Shown here piece after piece: positions 38,785 through 48,085 of a stretch of 64,000 nt of DNA. The translations under genes and the position numbers were made by a program. How positions within the stretch are numbered: the stretch's first letter is position 1; each line of letters opens with the position of its first letter. The notes under the pieces are model-generated. The model had not been told where the DNA came from, did no database searches, and worked only from the letters and a program-made list of their open reading frames with translations. Source of the stretch: Gammaproteobacteria bacterium (GTDB lineage: Bacteria > Pseudomonadota > Gammaproteobacteria > G965277405); contig OZ255726.1 in the NCBI GenBank assembly GCA_965277405.1, positions 256,001 to 320,000 of the forward strand, written 5' to 3'.

Positions 38785-39507
38785 ATGCGCTGTAAAGCTG
38801 CAGGATTTACCCTTATTGAGCTGCTGGTAGTACTTGTTGTTATTGCTATTGTTACAGGTTCAGCCATAACCATGCTTATTACTGACGATAAGCTTACGAC
38901 GCTTGATGCGTTTAGCCAAAGTATGAATAAGCAGTTTGAATACGCCCGTACCCATGCCGTACTTACAGGTAAGCCGTATGGTTTTTTTTTGGTAGATAAT
39001 CAGTTAGTACTGCGTTCATTTAGCAGGTCATCAGCGTTTGCTGATACCAGCAGTGATGGTGATGCAAGTAGCGACACAAGTACCAGCACATCAATACTCA
39101 GCGCAGCAGATACCGCAGCATTAGCAACTGACGCGCATACTGCAGATGCAGATGTCAGAACATTTGCAGAATTCACCAGAGTCTTTAGTGAAGAACCGCA
39201 GCCAATATGGACAGCAGTTGCAGATGCAAAAATCACATGGGATGAAGCAGAAATCCAAGTTTCATGGCTCCTCGAAACAGCAATTCAACGAGTGTTGCGC
39301 AAAACCTCTAAGGAATTAAAAGACCTGTTGAATGTCAATGATACAAAAGAAGAAGTTGCGGATCCACCATCGATTATTTTTTGGCCAAACGGGATGGTGT
39401 TTCCGACAGGAAAAGTTGTCGTGCGCTTCATCGATGCCGCTAAAAGTAGTGAAAGAATTACCTTAAAATGGGACATTGCCGGGCTGCTGGCATTAGAAAA
39501 AAAATGA
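38785..39507 (+). CDS. gspH: T2SS minor pseudopilin H-like
   Basis: AG|FTLIELLVV prepilin motif; follows gspG. Confidence 0.75.
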   Translation: MRCKAAGFTLIELLVVLVVIAIVTGSAITMLITDDKLTTLDAFSQSMNKQFEYARTHAVLTGKPYGFFLVDNQLVLRSFSRSSAFADTSSDGDASSDTSTSTSILSAADTAALATDAHTADADVRTFAEFTRVFSEEPQPIWTAVADAKITWDEAEIQVSWLLETAIQRVLRKTSKELKDLLNVNDTKEEVADPPSIIFWPNGMVFPTGKVVVRFIDAAKSSERITLKWDIAGLLALEKK

Positions 39508-39869
39508 GGACACAACGAGGGTTCACATTGGTTGAAGTGATGGTTGCCGCAACGTTGCTGGCGGTTGGCGCTGGCGGTCTGTCGCTAAGTCTATCAAAAT
39601 ATGTCAGGCAATTATCGATTGTAAAACAGCGAATGGCAAAACAAAATGTTGCTTGGAATGTGCTGAATGAAGCACTGGTACAACAAGCCGTTGGCAACAT
39701 TAAATTTGATACTGATGGATCGACAACCTTAAATAATACAAAATATTCATGGAAAGTAGCTAAGGTAGAAACTTCTGCCGCGGCCATCAAGCGCATAGAT
39801 GTGTATGTGGCGGTAGCTGGTGAAGCTGAAACTGACAAAATACTTTCAACTATGCTTATTACGCAGTAA
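39504..39869 (+). CDS. gspI: T2SS minor pseudopilin I-like
   Basis: QRG|FTLVEVMVA, A.NVLNE, IKRIDVYV. Confidence 0.75.
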   Translation: MRTQRGFTLVEVMVAATLLAVGAGGLSLSLSKYVRQLSIVKQRMAKQNVAWNVLNEALVQQAVGNIKFDTDGSTTLNNTKYSWKVAKVETSAAAIKRIDVYVAVAGEAETDKILSTMLITQ

Positions 39870-40586
39870 ATATTGTTGTTCAGCTCGCTGTAAATCTTCT
39901 TGAGTATCAACGCCAATTCCTCCAGAACATTGTGCTTTTGCAAGATAGATAGCTGCACCATTTTCAAGTGCCCGTAATTGCTCAAGTTGTTCGCTGCGTT
40001 CAAGAATCGTTGGTTTCCAGTGAGTATATTGCGCAAGAAAACTAAAGCGGTAGGCATAAATACCGATATGTTTTTTTGCTGGTGGCTGCGTTGCACTACG
40101 GATAAATGGAATGGCTGCTCGGCTGAAGTACAACGCCCGCCCACGCGTGTCGGTGACCACTTTTACATTATTTGCATCTGCTATCTGTGCTGGGTCATGC
40201 ATGGTTTCATATAATGATGCCATTACAGCAGTATTTTTGGCTAACAACTTGGCAACTTGATTAATATTTTCATAGGCTATTAGCGGTTCATCTCCTTGGA
40301 CATTGACGATAACATCGTCATTGCTAAAGCCCATCGCTGCAGCAGCCTCGTAAACTCTATCACTGCCAGAGGCGTTATCATGCGTTAGTACGGCAATCCC
40401 GCCGGCTGCGTGCACAGCATCGCAGATCCGCAGGTCATCTGTAGCGACTATCACTTGATAGGCACCAGAGCGTTGTGCGCAGCGCAGGGTGTGGACAATC
40501 ATCGGCATACCTGCAATCGGCAGCAGTGATTTTCCTGGCAGGCGGGTGGAGTTAAAGCGAGCAGGGATGATAACCGAAAAGCGCAT
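39846..40586 (-). CDS. kdsB: 3-deoxy-manno-octulosonate cytidylyltransferase
   Basis: IPARFNSTRLPGK, VATDD, SGSDR, NVQGDEP, YFSR, HIGIYAY, LEQLRAL. Confidence 0.96.
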   Translation of the reverse strand: MRFSVIIPARFNSTRLPGKSLLPIAGMPMIVHTLRCAQRSGAYQVIVATDDLRICDAVHAAGGIAVLTHDNASGSDRVYEAAAAMGFSNDDVIVNVQGDEPLIAYENINQVAKLLAKNTAVMASLYETMHDPAQIADANNVKVVTDTRGRALYFSRAAIPFIRSATQPPAKKHIGIYAYRFSFLAQYTHWKPTILERSEQLEQLRALENGAAIYLAKAQCSGGIGVDTQEDLQRAEQQYLLRNKHS

Positions 40587-40660
40587 GTGAAAAAACTGTT
40601 ATAAAAATAATATGGTATCGTTGCAGCTGCGTTTCTATTTATTATTTCAAGCTTAATCGT

Positions 40661-41623
40661 ATGAGTATAATTCTTGCCAGTGGGCGAAACACCGTTTCCT
40701 TAGCGCGCGATGCGTTGGTAGTTGTTGCCCAAGCGATTGACGGTCGCTTTGAACAAGCTGTAGAGGTGTTGTTGAATTGTAGCGGTAAAGTGATTGTGAC
40801 TGGTATGGGCAAGTCTGGTCACATTGCCAATAAAATTGCGGCAACACTTGCCAGTACAGGCACTCCAGCTTTTTTTTTACACCCTGCTGATGCCTGCCAC
40901 GGTGATCTTGGCTCGGTGGCGGCAAATGATGTAGTGCTGGCATTATCCCATTCAGGTAATTCTAGTGAAATTGCTGATATTATGCCGACATTGCACGCTA
41001 TTGGCGTTGCTATCATTGGTATTTCTAGCAATCCAGCGTCGATGCTCGCTAAACAAGCGACCCTGCATATTTGCCTAGCAATAACCAAAGAGGCATGCCC
41101 GCATAATCTTGCCCCCACCAGCAGTACTACCGCTGCACTGGTTATGGGTGATGCGTTGGCAATGGCATTGTTTAAAAAGCGCGGTCTAGCGCCAAGCGAT
41201 TTTGCCTTTCGCCATCCCAAGGGCACGCTTGGGCGAAGATTGACATTGCGAATCCACAATATCATGCGCAGCGACTACCCTATAGTTCTCCAAGGCACCA
41301 GCATTAGTGATACATTGGTAGTAATGACTCAGAAAGCATTTGGGTTTATTGGCATCGTCAATGTCACTGGAAAAGTGGTTGGTATTTTTAGTGATGGTGA
41401 TTTACGCAGATTATTTGTTGCGGTCGATGGGGCACAACTTGCTGATAGTATTGATGCGGTAATGACAACAGAGTTTGTAGCGTTCACATCGCAACAGCTA
41501 GTGGTTGAAGCAGTAGAAGTTTTTGAACAACAGCAGATCACCGGTGCATTTTGCCTTGATGACAACGGTCAACCACTCGGCGCGTTTAATTTTCACGATT
41601 TACTCGATAGTGGCGTGCAGTAG
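40661..41623 (+). CDS. kdsD: Arabinose-5-phosphate isomerase (SIS + CBS)
   Basis: GMGKSGHI, HGDLG, EACPHNLAPTSST, HPKGTLG. Confidence 0.94.
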   Translation: MSIILASGRNTVSLARDALVVVAQAIDGRFEQAVEVLLNCSGKVIVTGMGKSGHIANKIAATLASTGTPAFFLHPADACHGDLGSVAANDVVLALSHSGNSSEIADIMPTLHAIGVAIIGISSNPASMLAKQATLHICLAITKEACPHNLAPTSSTTAALVMGDALAMALFKKRGLAPSDFAFRHPKGTLGRRLTLRIHNIMRSDYPIVLQGTSISDTLVVMTQKAFGFIGIVNVTGKVVGIFSDGDLRRLFVAVDGAQLADSIDAVMTTEFVAFTSQQLVVEAVEVFEQQQITGAFCLDDNGQPLGAFNFHDLLDSGVQ

Positions 41624-42207
41624 TGTTGTCGATACCTAAATGGGCGCAGCGTGGTGGAATGCCACAGATTATGTTGCTCGGACTACTGTTGTTGTTAGGA
41701 TATATTGTCAACATATACGTTGTAGCTGCAATTGAGGAAATGTTAACTCCTAGCCAGCAACCACATAGTAGTCAAGCAATGCCAGACATTATTTTTGCAG
41801 GCGTGCACCATCAAGAATATGACGAGGATGGTAAGCTGTTATTGATAGTCAATAGCCAGCGTTTAGAATATAGCCGCCATGGTGGTCATGGTGTATTCAC
41901 GCCAATTAAAATACAAATGGTCGATAGTGACGCTCATGTTACAGCGACAAGCGGCACGTGGCATGGCAATACGCGGCGTTTTGTGCTGCACGGCAACGTT
42001 GTGGCAACCACTCCATTTGGCAAAAGTAAGGCAACTATTCAGACTGAAACTATGGCATATGCTGTTGCTGAGAAGCATATATATTTTCCTGAGACCATGA
42101 AAATTACTACTGCAAATGCGTCAATTAAAGCCGAGCAAGGTAGTTATGATGTGGCTAAGCAACAAACTAGCTTGCTCCACGTGCAGATGGTGGCTATAAC
42201 TCCATGA
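41623..42207 (+). CDS. lptC: LPS export protein LptC
   Basis: Single N-terminal TM plus beta-rich domain; position between kdsD and lptA. Confidence 0.7.
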   Translation: MLSIPKWAQRGGMPQIMLLGLLLLLGYIVNIYVVAAIEEMLTPSQQPHSSQAMPDIIFAGVHHQEYDEDGKLLLIVNSQRLEYSRHGGHGVFTPIKIQMVDSDAHVTATSGTWHGNTRRFVLHGNVVATTPFGKSKATIQTETMAYAVAEKHIYFPETMKITTANASIKAEQGSYDVAKQQTSLLHVQMVAITP

Positions 42208-42701
42208 GCAGAATCCTGCGCTGCATTATTAGTATTGGTTTGGCTTGGGCTGCAACTGTAATTCAAGCACAATTGTCTATTGAAGCGAATAGTGTTGTGT
42301 TTAATAATGGCGCTGCAGACATGGTGTATGAAGGCGATGTACGCGTGCGAGGAGAGCAAATCTCTGTTGACGCAGCAAAACTTATTTTGATCAATACAGC
42401 TAGGAATAATCGGCGCCTAACAGCCTTTGGCACAGCTGGTAGTGCTGCGCATATGTCAGTGCAACGCGCAGATGACGCTGGTAACACCACCAACATTATT
42501 GTGCGTGGACAGGCGATTGAGTATGTTGCAAAACCAAAAGATAGTTGGCTGCGGGTAACGGGGAATGGACGGATTCAAGTGGATAACAAGGTGATTGAGG
42601 CTGAGTCAATTTATTATTCTTTAACAACTAAAAAACTTGAAGCAAACAATAATTCAGCTCCGCGCAACAAGAAACGCGTCAAAATCTTTATATCCGATTA
42701 A
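42204..42701 (+). CDS. lptA: LPS transport periplasmic protein LptA
   Basis: Signal peptide, IEAN, YEGDV, C-terminal RVKIFI; position before lptB. Confidence 0.78.
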   Translation: MSRILRCIISIGLAWAATVIQAQLSIEANSVVFNNGAADMVYEGDVRVRGEQISVDAAKLILINTARNNRRLTAFGTAGSAAHMSVQRADDAGNTTNIIVRGQAIEYVAKPKDSWLRVTGNGRIQVDNKVIEAESIYYSLTTKKLEANNNSAPRNKKRVKIFISD

Positions 42702-43420
42702 TGTTACAAGCACAAAATCTTTCCAAAAAATACGGTAAGCGCCAAGTTATTAAAGACATTTCTTTTGAGGTGCAGCGTGGTCAAGTGGTCGGGCTGCTAG
42801 GACCAAATGGTTCTGGTAAAACGACAACGTTTTATATGGTGGTTGGTCTTGTTGCTAGTAATAGCGGCACGATTACCCTCAATGGCGTCAACATCACCAA
42901 GCTACCAATCCATAAACGCGCTCAGTATGGGTTAAGTTATTTGCCACAGGAATTTTCGTTGTTTCGCAAAATGACAGTCAGTCAAAACATTTTATCAATT
43001 TTACAACTGCGAAAAGACTTGAATAGGCAGCAACAGCACCGAGAATTAGCTAAGCTGCTCGCGGATTTTCAAATTGAGTATATTCGTAATAATGGCGCAT
43101 TAAGCTTATCAGGCGGAGAACGGCGGCGGGTGGAAATCGCCAGAGCACTGGCAAGCAATCCGGATTTTGTACTCCTTGATGAACCATTTGCAGGCGTTGA
43201 CCCCGTTTCAGTTGCTGAGATTAACAACATTATTACCACGTTGCGCGAGCAAGGACTTGGTGTACTCATTACTGATCATAATGTCCGGGAAACGATGGCA
43301 ATTTGTCAATATATTTATGTTATAAATGATGGTCTGATTCTCGCAGCAGGTACTGCGACAGAACTTATTCAAAATCCTCAAGTACAAGCCGTATATCTAG
43401 GGGATGATTTTCATATGTAA
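42701..43420 (+). CDS. lptB: LPS export ABC ATPase
   Basis: GPNGSGKTTTFYM, YLPQE, LSGGERRRVEIARAL, DHNVRET, VYLG. Confidence 0.96.
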   Translation: MLQAQNLSKKYGKRQVIKDISFEVQRGQVVGLLGPNGSGKTTTFYMVVGLVASNSGTITLNGVNITKLPIHKRAQYGLSYLPQEFSLFRKMTVSQNILSILQLRKDLNRQQQHRELAKLLADFQIEYIRNNGALSLSGGERRRVEIARALASNPDFVLLDEPFAGVDPVSVAEINNIITTLREQGLGVLITDHNVRETMAICQYIYVINDGLILAAGTATELIQNPQVQAVYLGDDFHM

Positions 43421-43428
43421 TATATATT

Positions 43429-43554
43429 GGAACTTCTGCAATAGCTGTGTTGCATCCTTCATCAAGTCGCATTGATAGCACCTATAGCATCATCCTTGCA
43501 AGCAACTGTGTTTTTCATCAAACTGGCTCCATCAGCGACTTAATAAGAGCTTCC
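43429..43554 (-). mobile_element. Short internally deleted MITE copy upstream of rpoN
   Basis: ...CAAACTGGCTCCATCAGCGACTTAATAAGAGCTTCC|CTAA. Confidence 0.7.
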
Positions 43555-43581
43555 CTAAATAACATAATAAAGAAAACAACA

Positions 43582-44835
43582 ATGCAGCTTACTACATCGT
43601 TAACAATGACAACGCAATTGCATCAAGCAATTCAAGTGTTGCAGCTTTCTGTGAGCCAATTACCTGACTACCTGCGTCAAGCCAACAGCAAGAACCCTTT
43701 GTTGCTGTTGCATACAAGTATTACTACAAACTGCAATCAAGTTGCGGAGCAAGGCAATTGGTTTAATGATATTTGTGAACAAGTTGAGTTGTCAAAGTGG
43801 GATAGTAACAACAAGAATATTGCGTTAGCATTAATATATGAGTTAAATGAATATGGTTTTTTTGATGACTACCCCACCGCACAAACAAGGGTGCAGCGCA
43901 GCGTTGGAGCTACAGCACATGCTATCAATGCGGTCACTGAATTATTGCAGCATCTTGGAGGATCTGGTTTCGCTGCACGAGATAGCCAAGAACTGCTGTT
44001 ATTACAGCTGCAGGCAATGGAAATTGATAACGACACGCTGGCACAAATTGGCGAACTTATCCGCGACCATGTTGCTTTAATTGCAACGAATGATGTTGCA
44101 CAAATTGCTGATTTTTTTGCAGTCGATGTGGCGCAAGCGGCTGATTGGCTACGAAAACTACGTCGCTGCAGACCAATGCCCAAAACCGATGCTCACAGCG
44201 TGCAACCAAGAATTGTTGACGCGGTGGTCGACGCCAGGTTGATGATTGAATACCCAATGCTGGACACCACACTTGTTGATGTTGATGTTGATGAATTATC
44301 GCGACTACGGGCACAGTGTAGTAGCAAGGAAGAACGCAAACAACTGCAAAAGTATTTTGCTCAAGCTGCGATATTGCAATCAAGTTTGCAGGAGCGTAAG
44401 AAAACATTACAAGCGGTTGTGCAGCAAATAGTGCTACGCCAAAGTGATTTTTTTTCTAAAGGTGCGCGTGCCATGTCGCCGCTAACGTTGCGAGATATCG
44501 CTGATGGACTTTCAGTACATATTTCAACAATTTCGCGAACAGTCAGCAATAAATACCTATCATGCCCACAAGGCATCTTTGCTTTAAAGTATTTTTTTTC
44601 ATCCCACGTTGGTAACAGCAGGACATCATCGAGTGCTATCAAAGCCATAATTACCGACATGATTTGCACTGAATCGTCGTTAGCACCGTTGAGTGATAAC
44701 CAATTATCCACCATGCTGGCGCAACGAGGGATATCAATAGCCAGACGCACCATTGCAAAATATCGGCAATCGCTGTCGATACCAGCATTACGCCAACGCC
44801 AAAATCAAAGACATACCTATGGAAGCTATGAATAG
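43582..44835 (+). CDS. rpoN: RNA polymerase sigma-54 factor
   Basis: LTMT.QL.QAI..LQL, HISTISR..NKY, LKYFFS, RpoN box ARRTIAKYR. Confidence 0.92.
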   Translation: MQLTTSLTMTTQLHQAIQVLQLSVSQLPDYLRQANSKNPLLLLHTSITTNCNQVAEQGNWFNDICEQVELSKWDSNNKNIALALIYELNEYGFFDDYPTAQTRVQRSVGATAHAINAVTELLQHLGGSGFAARDSQELLLLQLQAMEIDNDTLAQIGELIRDHVALIATNDVAQIADFFAVDVAQAADWLRKLRRCRPMPKTDAHSVQPRIVDAVVDARLMIEYPMLDTTLVDVDVDELSRLRAQCSSKEERKQLQKYFAQAAILQSSLQERKKTLQAVVQQIVLRQSDFFSKGARAMSPLTLRDIADGLSVHISTISRTVSNKYLSCPQGIFALKYFFSSHVGNSRTSSSAIKAIITDMICTESSLAPLSDNQLSTMLAQRGISIARRTIAKYRQSLSIPALRQRQNQRHTYGSYE

Positions 44836-46276
44836 AGCAACAAAAATTATTGCAACGTGTGGACCAGCCACTGATAAACCCGCAGTCATTGAGCAGTTGC
44901 TGCAAGCTGGTGTTAACGTGTTTCGGTTAAATTTTTCTCATGGCAGCGCCACACAACACAGTGATCGTGCCCAGCACATCCGTGCAGTTGCCAAACAACA
45001 GCATCTGCACGTTGGTATTTTATGCGATTTACAAGGCCCAAAAATCCGCGTTGCACGGTTTAAACAAGGCAGCATCCAGTTAGCAGAAGGAGCAACTTTT
45101 TGTATCGATAGCCAATATGATTATGAAAATGGCAATGAAAAAATTGTTGGCTGTGATTTTAAAACGTTGCATACTGATTGTGCTGTTGGTGATATGTTGT
45201 TGCTTGATGATGGAAAAATTCAACTTAAAATCGTTGCTATTGATGGGACAAAACTGGCAACTCTTGTCAAAGTTGCGGGAAAATTATCAAATAACAAAGG
45301 GTTGAACAAAAAGGGAGGCGGTTTAAACGCAGCTGCAATTACTACAAAAGATCGCCGTGATATATTGAGCATCAAAGCAATCAATCCAGAGTTTTTAGCA
45401 TTATCGTTCGTAAGAAATGAGGATGATATTTTTGAGTTGCGCAAACTTGTAAAAGAAGCAGGGTTTGCCACAAGGATTGTCGCCAAGATTGAACGCAGCG
45501 AGGCTATCGCCAACAAAGCAGCGCTAGACGCAACAATTCTCGCAAGTGATGTCATCATGGTTGCTCGTGGCGATTTAGGCGTAGAAATAGGCGATGCCCG
45601 ACTCATCGGCATGCAAAAATATTTGATTCGGCGCACTATCGCCTTGAACCGCACTGTTATCACCGCGACGCAAATGATGGAAAGCATGATTGAAAATAAT
45701 ATTCCTACACGTGCAGAAGTATTTGACGTTGCCAATGCAATTTTAGATGGCACAGATGCGGTAATGCTCTCTGCAGAAACCGCTGCAGGCAACCATCCAG
45801 TGCTGGCAGTGCAGGCGATGAGCAAAATTTGCATTGGGGCAGAAGGCGAAGTGCAGCCCGAGGTGGCGATTCATAAAATCAGTGATAAATACTTCGACAA
45901 AGTTAATGAAGCAATTGCCTACGCATGCTTGCATACTGCATTACAAGTCAAGAATATTAAATTGATGGCGTGCTTTACTGAGTCTGGCAGCACTCCTTTT
46001 TCAGTATCTCGCGTGCGCGGTAATGTGCCGATATTAGCTTTATCACGCGATGATAAAATTTTATCCACCATGGCATTATGGCGTGGGGTAATGCCACAGT
46101 ATTTTGATATTACTCAATATAAACCCGCAAAAATACCTGGTGAAATTGTCCGTGTTGGTCGCTACCACCTACCAAACTTAACAGCAGGCGATCGTATTAT
46201 TATTACCCGCGGCGACAAAGCCGGAATCAGCGGCACCAATAGAATGCATTTATATGAAATCAAAGCAGGAGACTAA
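44828..46276 (+). CDS. pyk: Pyruvate kinase
   Basis: TKIIATCGPA, RLNFSHG, DLQGPKIR, MVARGDLG, ATQMMESM, DAVMLSAETA. Confidence 0.96.
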   Translation: MNRATKIIATCGPATDKPAVIEQLLQAGVNVFRLNFSHGSATQHSDRAQHIRAVAKQQHLHVGILCDLQGPKIRVARFKQGSIQLAEGATFCIDSQYDYENGNEKIVGCDFKTLHTDCAVGDMLLLDDGKIQLKIVAIDGTKLATLVKVAGKLSNNKGLNKKGGGLNAAAITTKDRRDILSIKAINPEFLALSFVRNEDDIFELRKLVKEAGFATRIVAKIERSEAIANKAALDATILASDVIMVARGDLGVEIGDARLIGMQKYLIRRTIALNRTVITATQMMESMIENNIPTRAEVFDVANAILDGTDAVMLSAETAAGNHPVLAVQAMSKICIGAEGEVQPEVAIHKISDKYFDKVNEAIAYACLHTALQVKNIKLMACFTESGSTPFSVSRVRGNVPILALSRDDKILSTMALWRGVMPQYFDITQYKPAKIPGEIVRVGRYHLPNLTAGDRIIITRGDKAGISGTNRMHLYEIKAGD

Positions 46277-46358
46277 CTTTGCAACGAATTCAAATTGAGA
46301 ACTGCGCTGTGCGCTTGTTGTATTGATGATATTCGCTATTGTGTGGCATTTGCTATCA

Positions 46359-46375
46359 GGAATCTCTGCTTAAGT
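46359..46375 (+). mobile_element. MITE TIR remnant abutting the ppx ATG
   Basis: GGAATCTCTGCTTAAGT, 16/17 identical to the copy at 3811. Confidence 0.55.
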
Positions 46376-47233
46376 ATGTACGGAGCTGTAGATATTGGCA
46401 CAAACGCCATGCGCTTGTTTTTTGGTGAAGTAAAAAAAGGTTCAATCTACAAGCACGCCATGGTGCGGATACCACTGCGTTTGGGCAGTGCTATTTATCA
46501 ATACGGGAGAATCACTCCTGAAAAACACGACATGATGAAATATGCATTGCTGGGTTTTGGCAATTTATGCCAAGCGCTTGGTGTTAGCCATACAGTTGTT
46601 TGCGCTACTTCAGCGATGCGAGAAAGTACTAACGGCAGTGAATCAACCAAGCAATTATTAGCTGAAACAGGGTTTGAGATTCGCACCTTGACCGGTATTG
46701 AAGAAGCGCAACTAACCCACCAATATCTTTTCGATGTGTATAAAGATAAGCTCAACGACCTAGTTATTTTTAATGATATTGGCGGAGGAAGCACTGAACT
46801 TGTCGCCTATGAACACGGCAGGCGTATTGCAACGCAGTCCTTTAAACTGGGTTCAGTGCGCGCACTATTTAATAAAATTGACAGCAATCAATGGCTGCAA
46901 CTTGAACAGTGGTGCACGGCATATGCATCAGGATTTCAAGTCGTTGCTACTGGTGGTACAGTCAATGCATTGGTTGCTCTGATTGGTAGCAATCATTGTC
47001 TTGGACACGCAGCAGTCGCAACGCTGCATGATACTATTCAAGGGTTAAGCGCAGCGCAAATACTTAAGCGCTGGCCAGTGCGTGAAGATAGAGCGGACGT
47101 GTTGGTGCATGCACTTGGTATATTACGCAAGTTATATGAGCATTTGCACGTTGATAATATGTGGGTGCCGCAGACAGGTTTGGTTGATGGATTAGTCTGG
47201 GATCTGCATCGCAGAGTGAGCGGTTGCATATAA
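46376..47233 (+). CDS. ppx: Ppx/GppA exopolyphosphatase (short form)
   Basis: AVDIGTNAMR, ATSAMRE, EEA, DIGGGSTE, LGSVR, DRADV. Confidence 0.88.
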   Translation: MYGAVDIGTNAMRLFFGEVKKGSIYKHAMVRIPLRLGSAIYQYGRITPEKHDMMKYALLGFGNLCQALGVSHTVVCATSAMRESTNGSESTKQLLAETGFEIRTLTGIEEAQLTHQYLFDVYKDKLNDLVIFNDIGGGSTELVAYEHGRRIATQSFKLGSVRALFNKIDSNQWLQLEQWCTAYASGFQVVATGGTVNALVALIGSNHCLGHAAVATLHDTIQGLSAAQILKRWPVREDRADVLVHALGILRKLYEHLHVDNMWVPQTGLVDGLVWDLHRRVSGCI

Positions 47234-47265
47234 AAACATACGGTATAGCAATTATAAACACATAT

Positions 47266-47315
47266 ATTGTGCGTTGCACAATAAACGCGCTTGCTTTTAT
47301 GTTGCAACGCACAAT
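47266..47315. promoter_or_regulatory. Two TGC-N3-GCA boxes, putative PhaR operators
   Basis: ATTGTGCGTTGCACAAT and ATGTTGCAACGCACAAT upstream of the phasin gene. Confidence 0.6.
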
Positions 47316-47362
47316 AATACCGAGTCAGCAACCGCTTAAATTATTGTAAACGGAGAAATATA

Positions 47363-47656
47363 ATGGAGAACTTTAGCGAATACGCCAGTAAGTCAGTCAA
47401 ACTTGCAATAGCCGCAACAGCAATTAACAGCAAAGTTTGGACAGACATAGCTAGTAATAATATACAAACTGCGAATGAAATACTGGCAGATAGTGTTGCG
47501 CAAACAAATAAAATTCAAGATGTAACAACAGTGAATGGAGTTTATCAGCAGCAACTTGCTTACAACCAAGACGTTGCCAAGAAGTTGCGTACATTGGTAG
47601 ATACCAACGTTGCTATAGCGTCAAAAGCACAAAAATCTATCGCTGCACTGGTCTAA
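47363..47656 (+). CDS. Phasin-like protein
   Basis: Small Ala/Gln-rich helical ORF, RBS GGAG, first gene of the pha cluster. Confidence 0.65.
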   Translation: MENFSEYASKSVKLAIAATAINSKVWTDIASNNIQTANEILADSVAQTNKIQDVTTVNGVYQQQLAYNQDVAKKLRTLVDTNVAIASKAQKSIAALV

Positions 47657-47659
47657 AAT

Positions 47660-47977
47660 ATGAGTAAATTTAAAAAATCGGCTAATGATAACGCTGCATT
47701 AGCATTAGCAATCACAGCAATTAATACCAAAGCAGTGTTGGCTGTTGTCAACAACCAAGCAAAATCATGTAGTGCGTTATTAACCGGCGGCTTATAGCAA
47801 ATGAAGACCTGGCAAACGGCGCAGGATCCACAAAAAATTGTTGCTTCTCAAGTTGCTTTCGGCAAGGACTTAGAACTAAAGATGCGTGATTTAGTCAACA
47901 CAACCAGCAATTCTGTGCAAAACGCACAGCAACAAGTTATGGATTTGCTCAAGCCAAGTGCTGCTCCTAAGGAATAA
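47660..47977 (+). pseudogene. Second phasin-like paralog with an internal TAG (47795-47797)
   Basis: LALAITAINTK parallels LAIAATAINSK; the frame continues after the stop (QDPQKIVASQ) to TAA. Confidence 0.65.
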
Positions 47978-48085
47978 CAACATTTGGGATTGTTCTTGGG
48001 TATCGGTACTCACAGCTAACAAAAATATTGTGTATTAACATAGCCACTCCCATTTTGCTTTTAAATGGATGCAACCAGGAAAATT

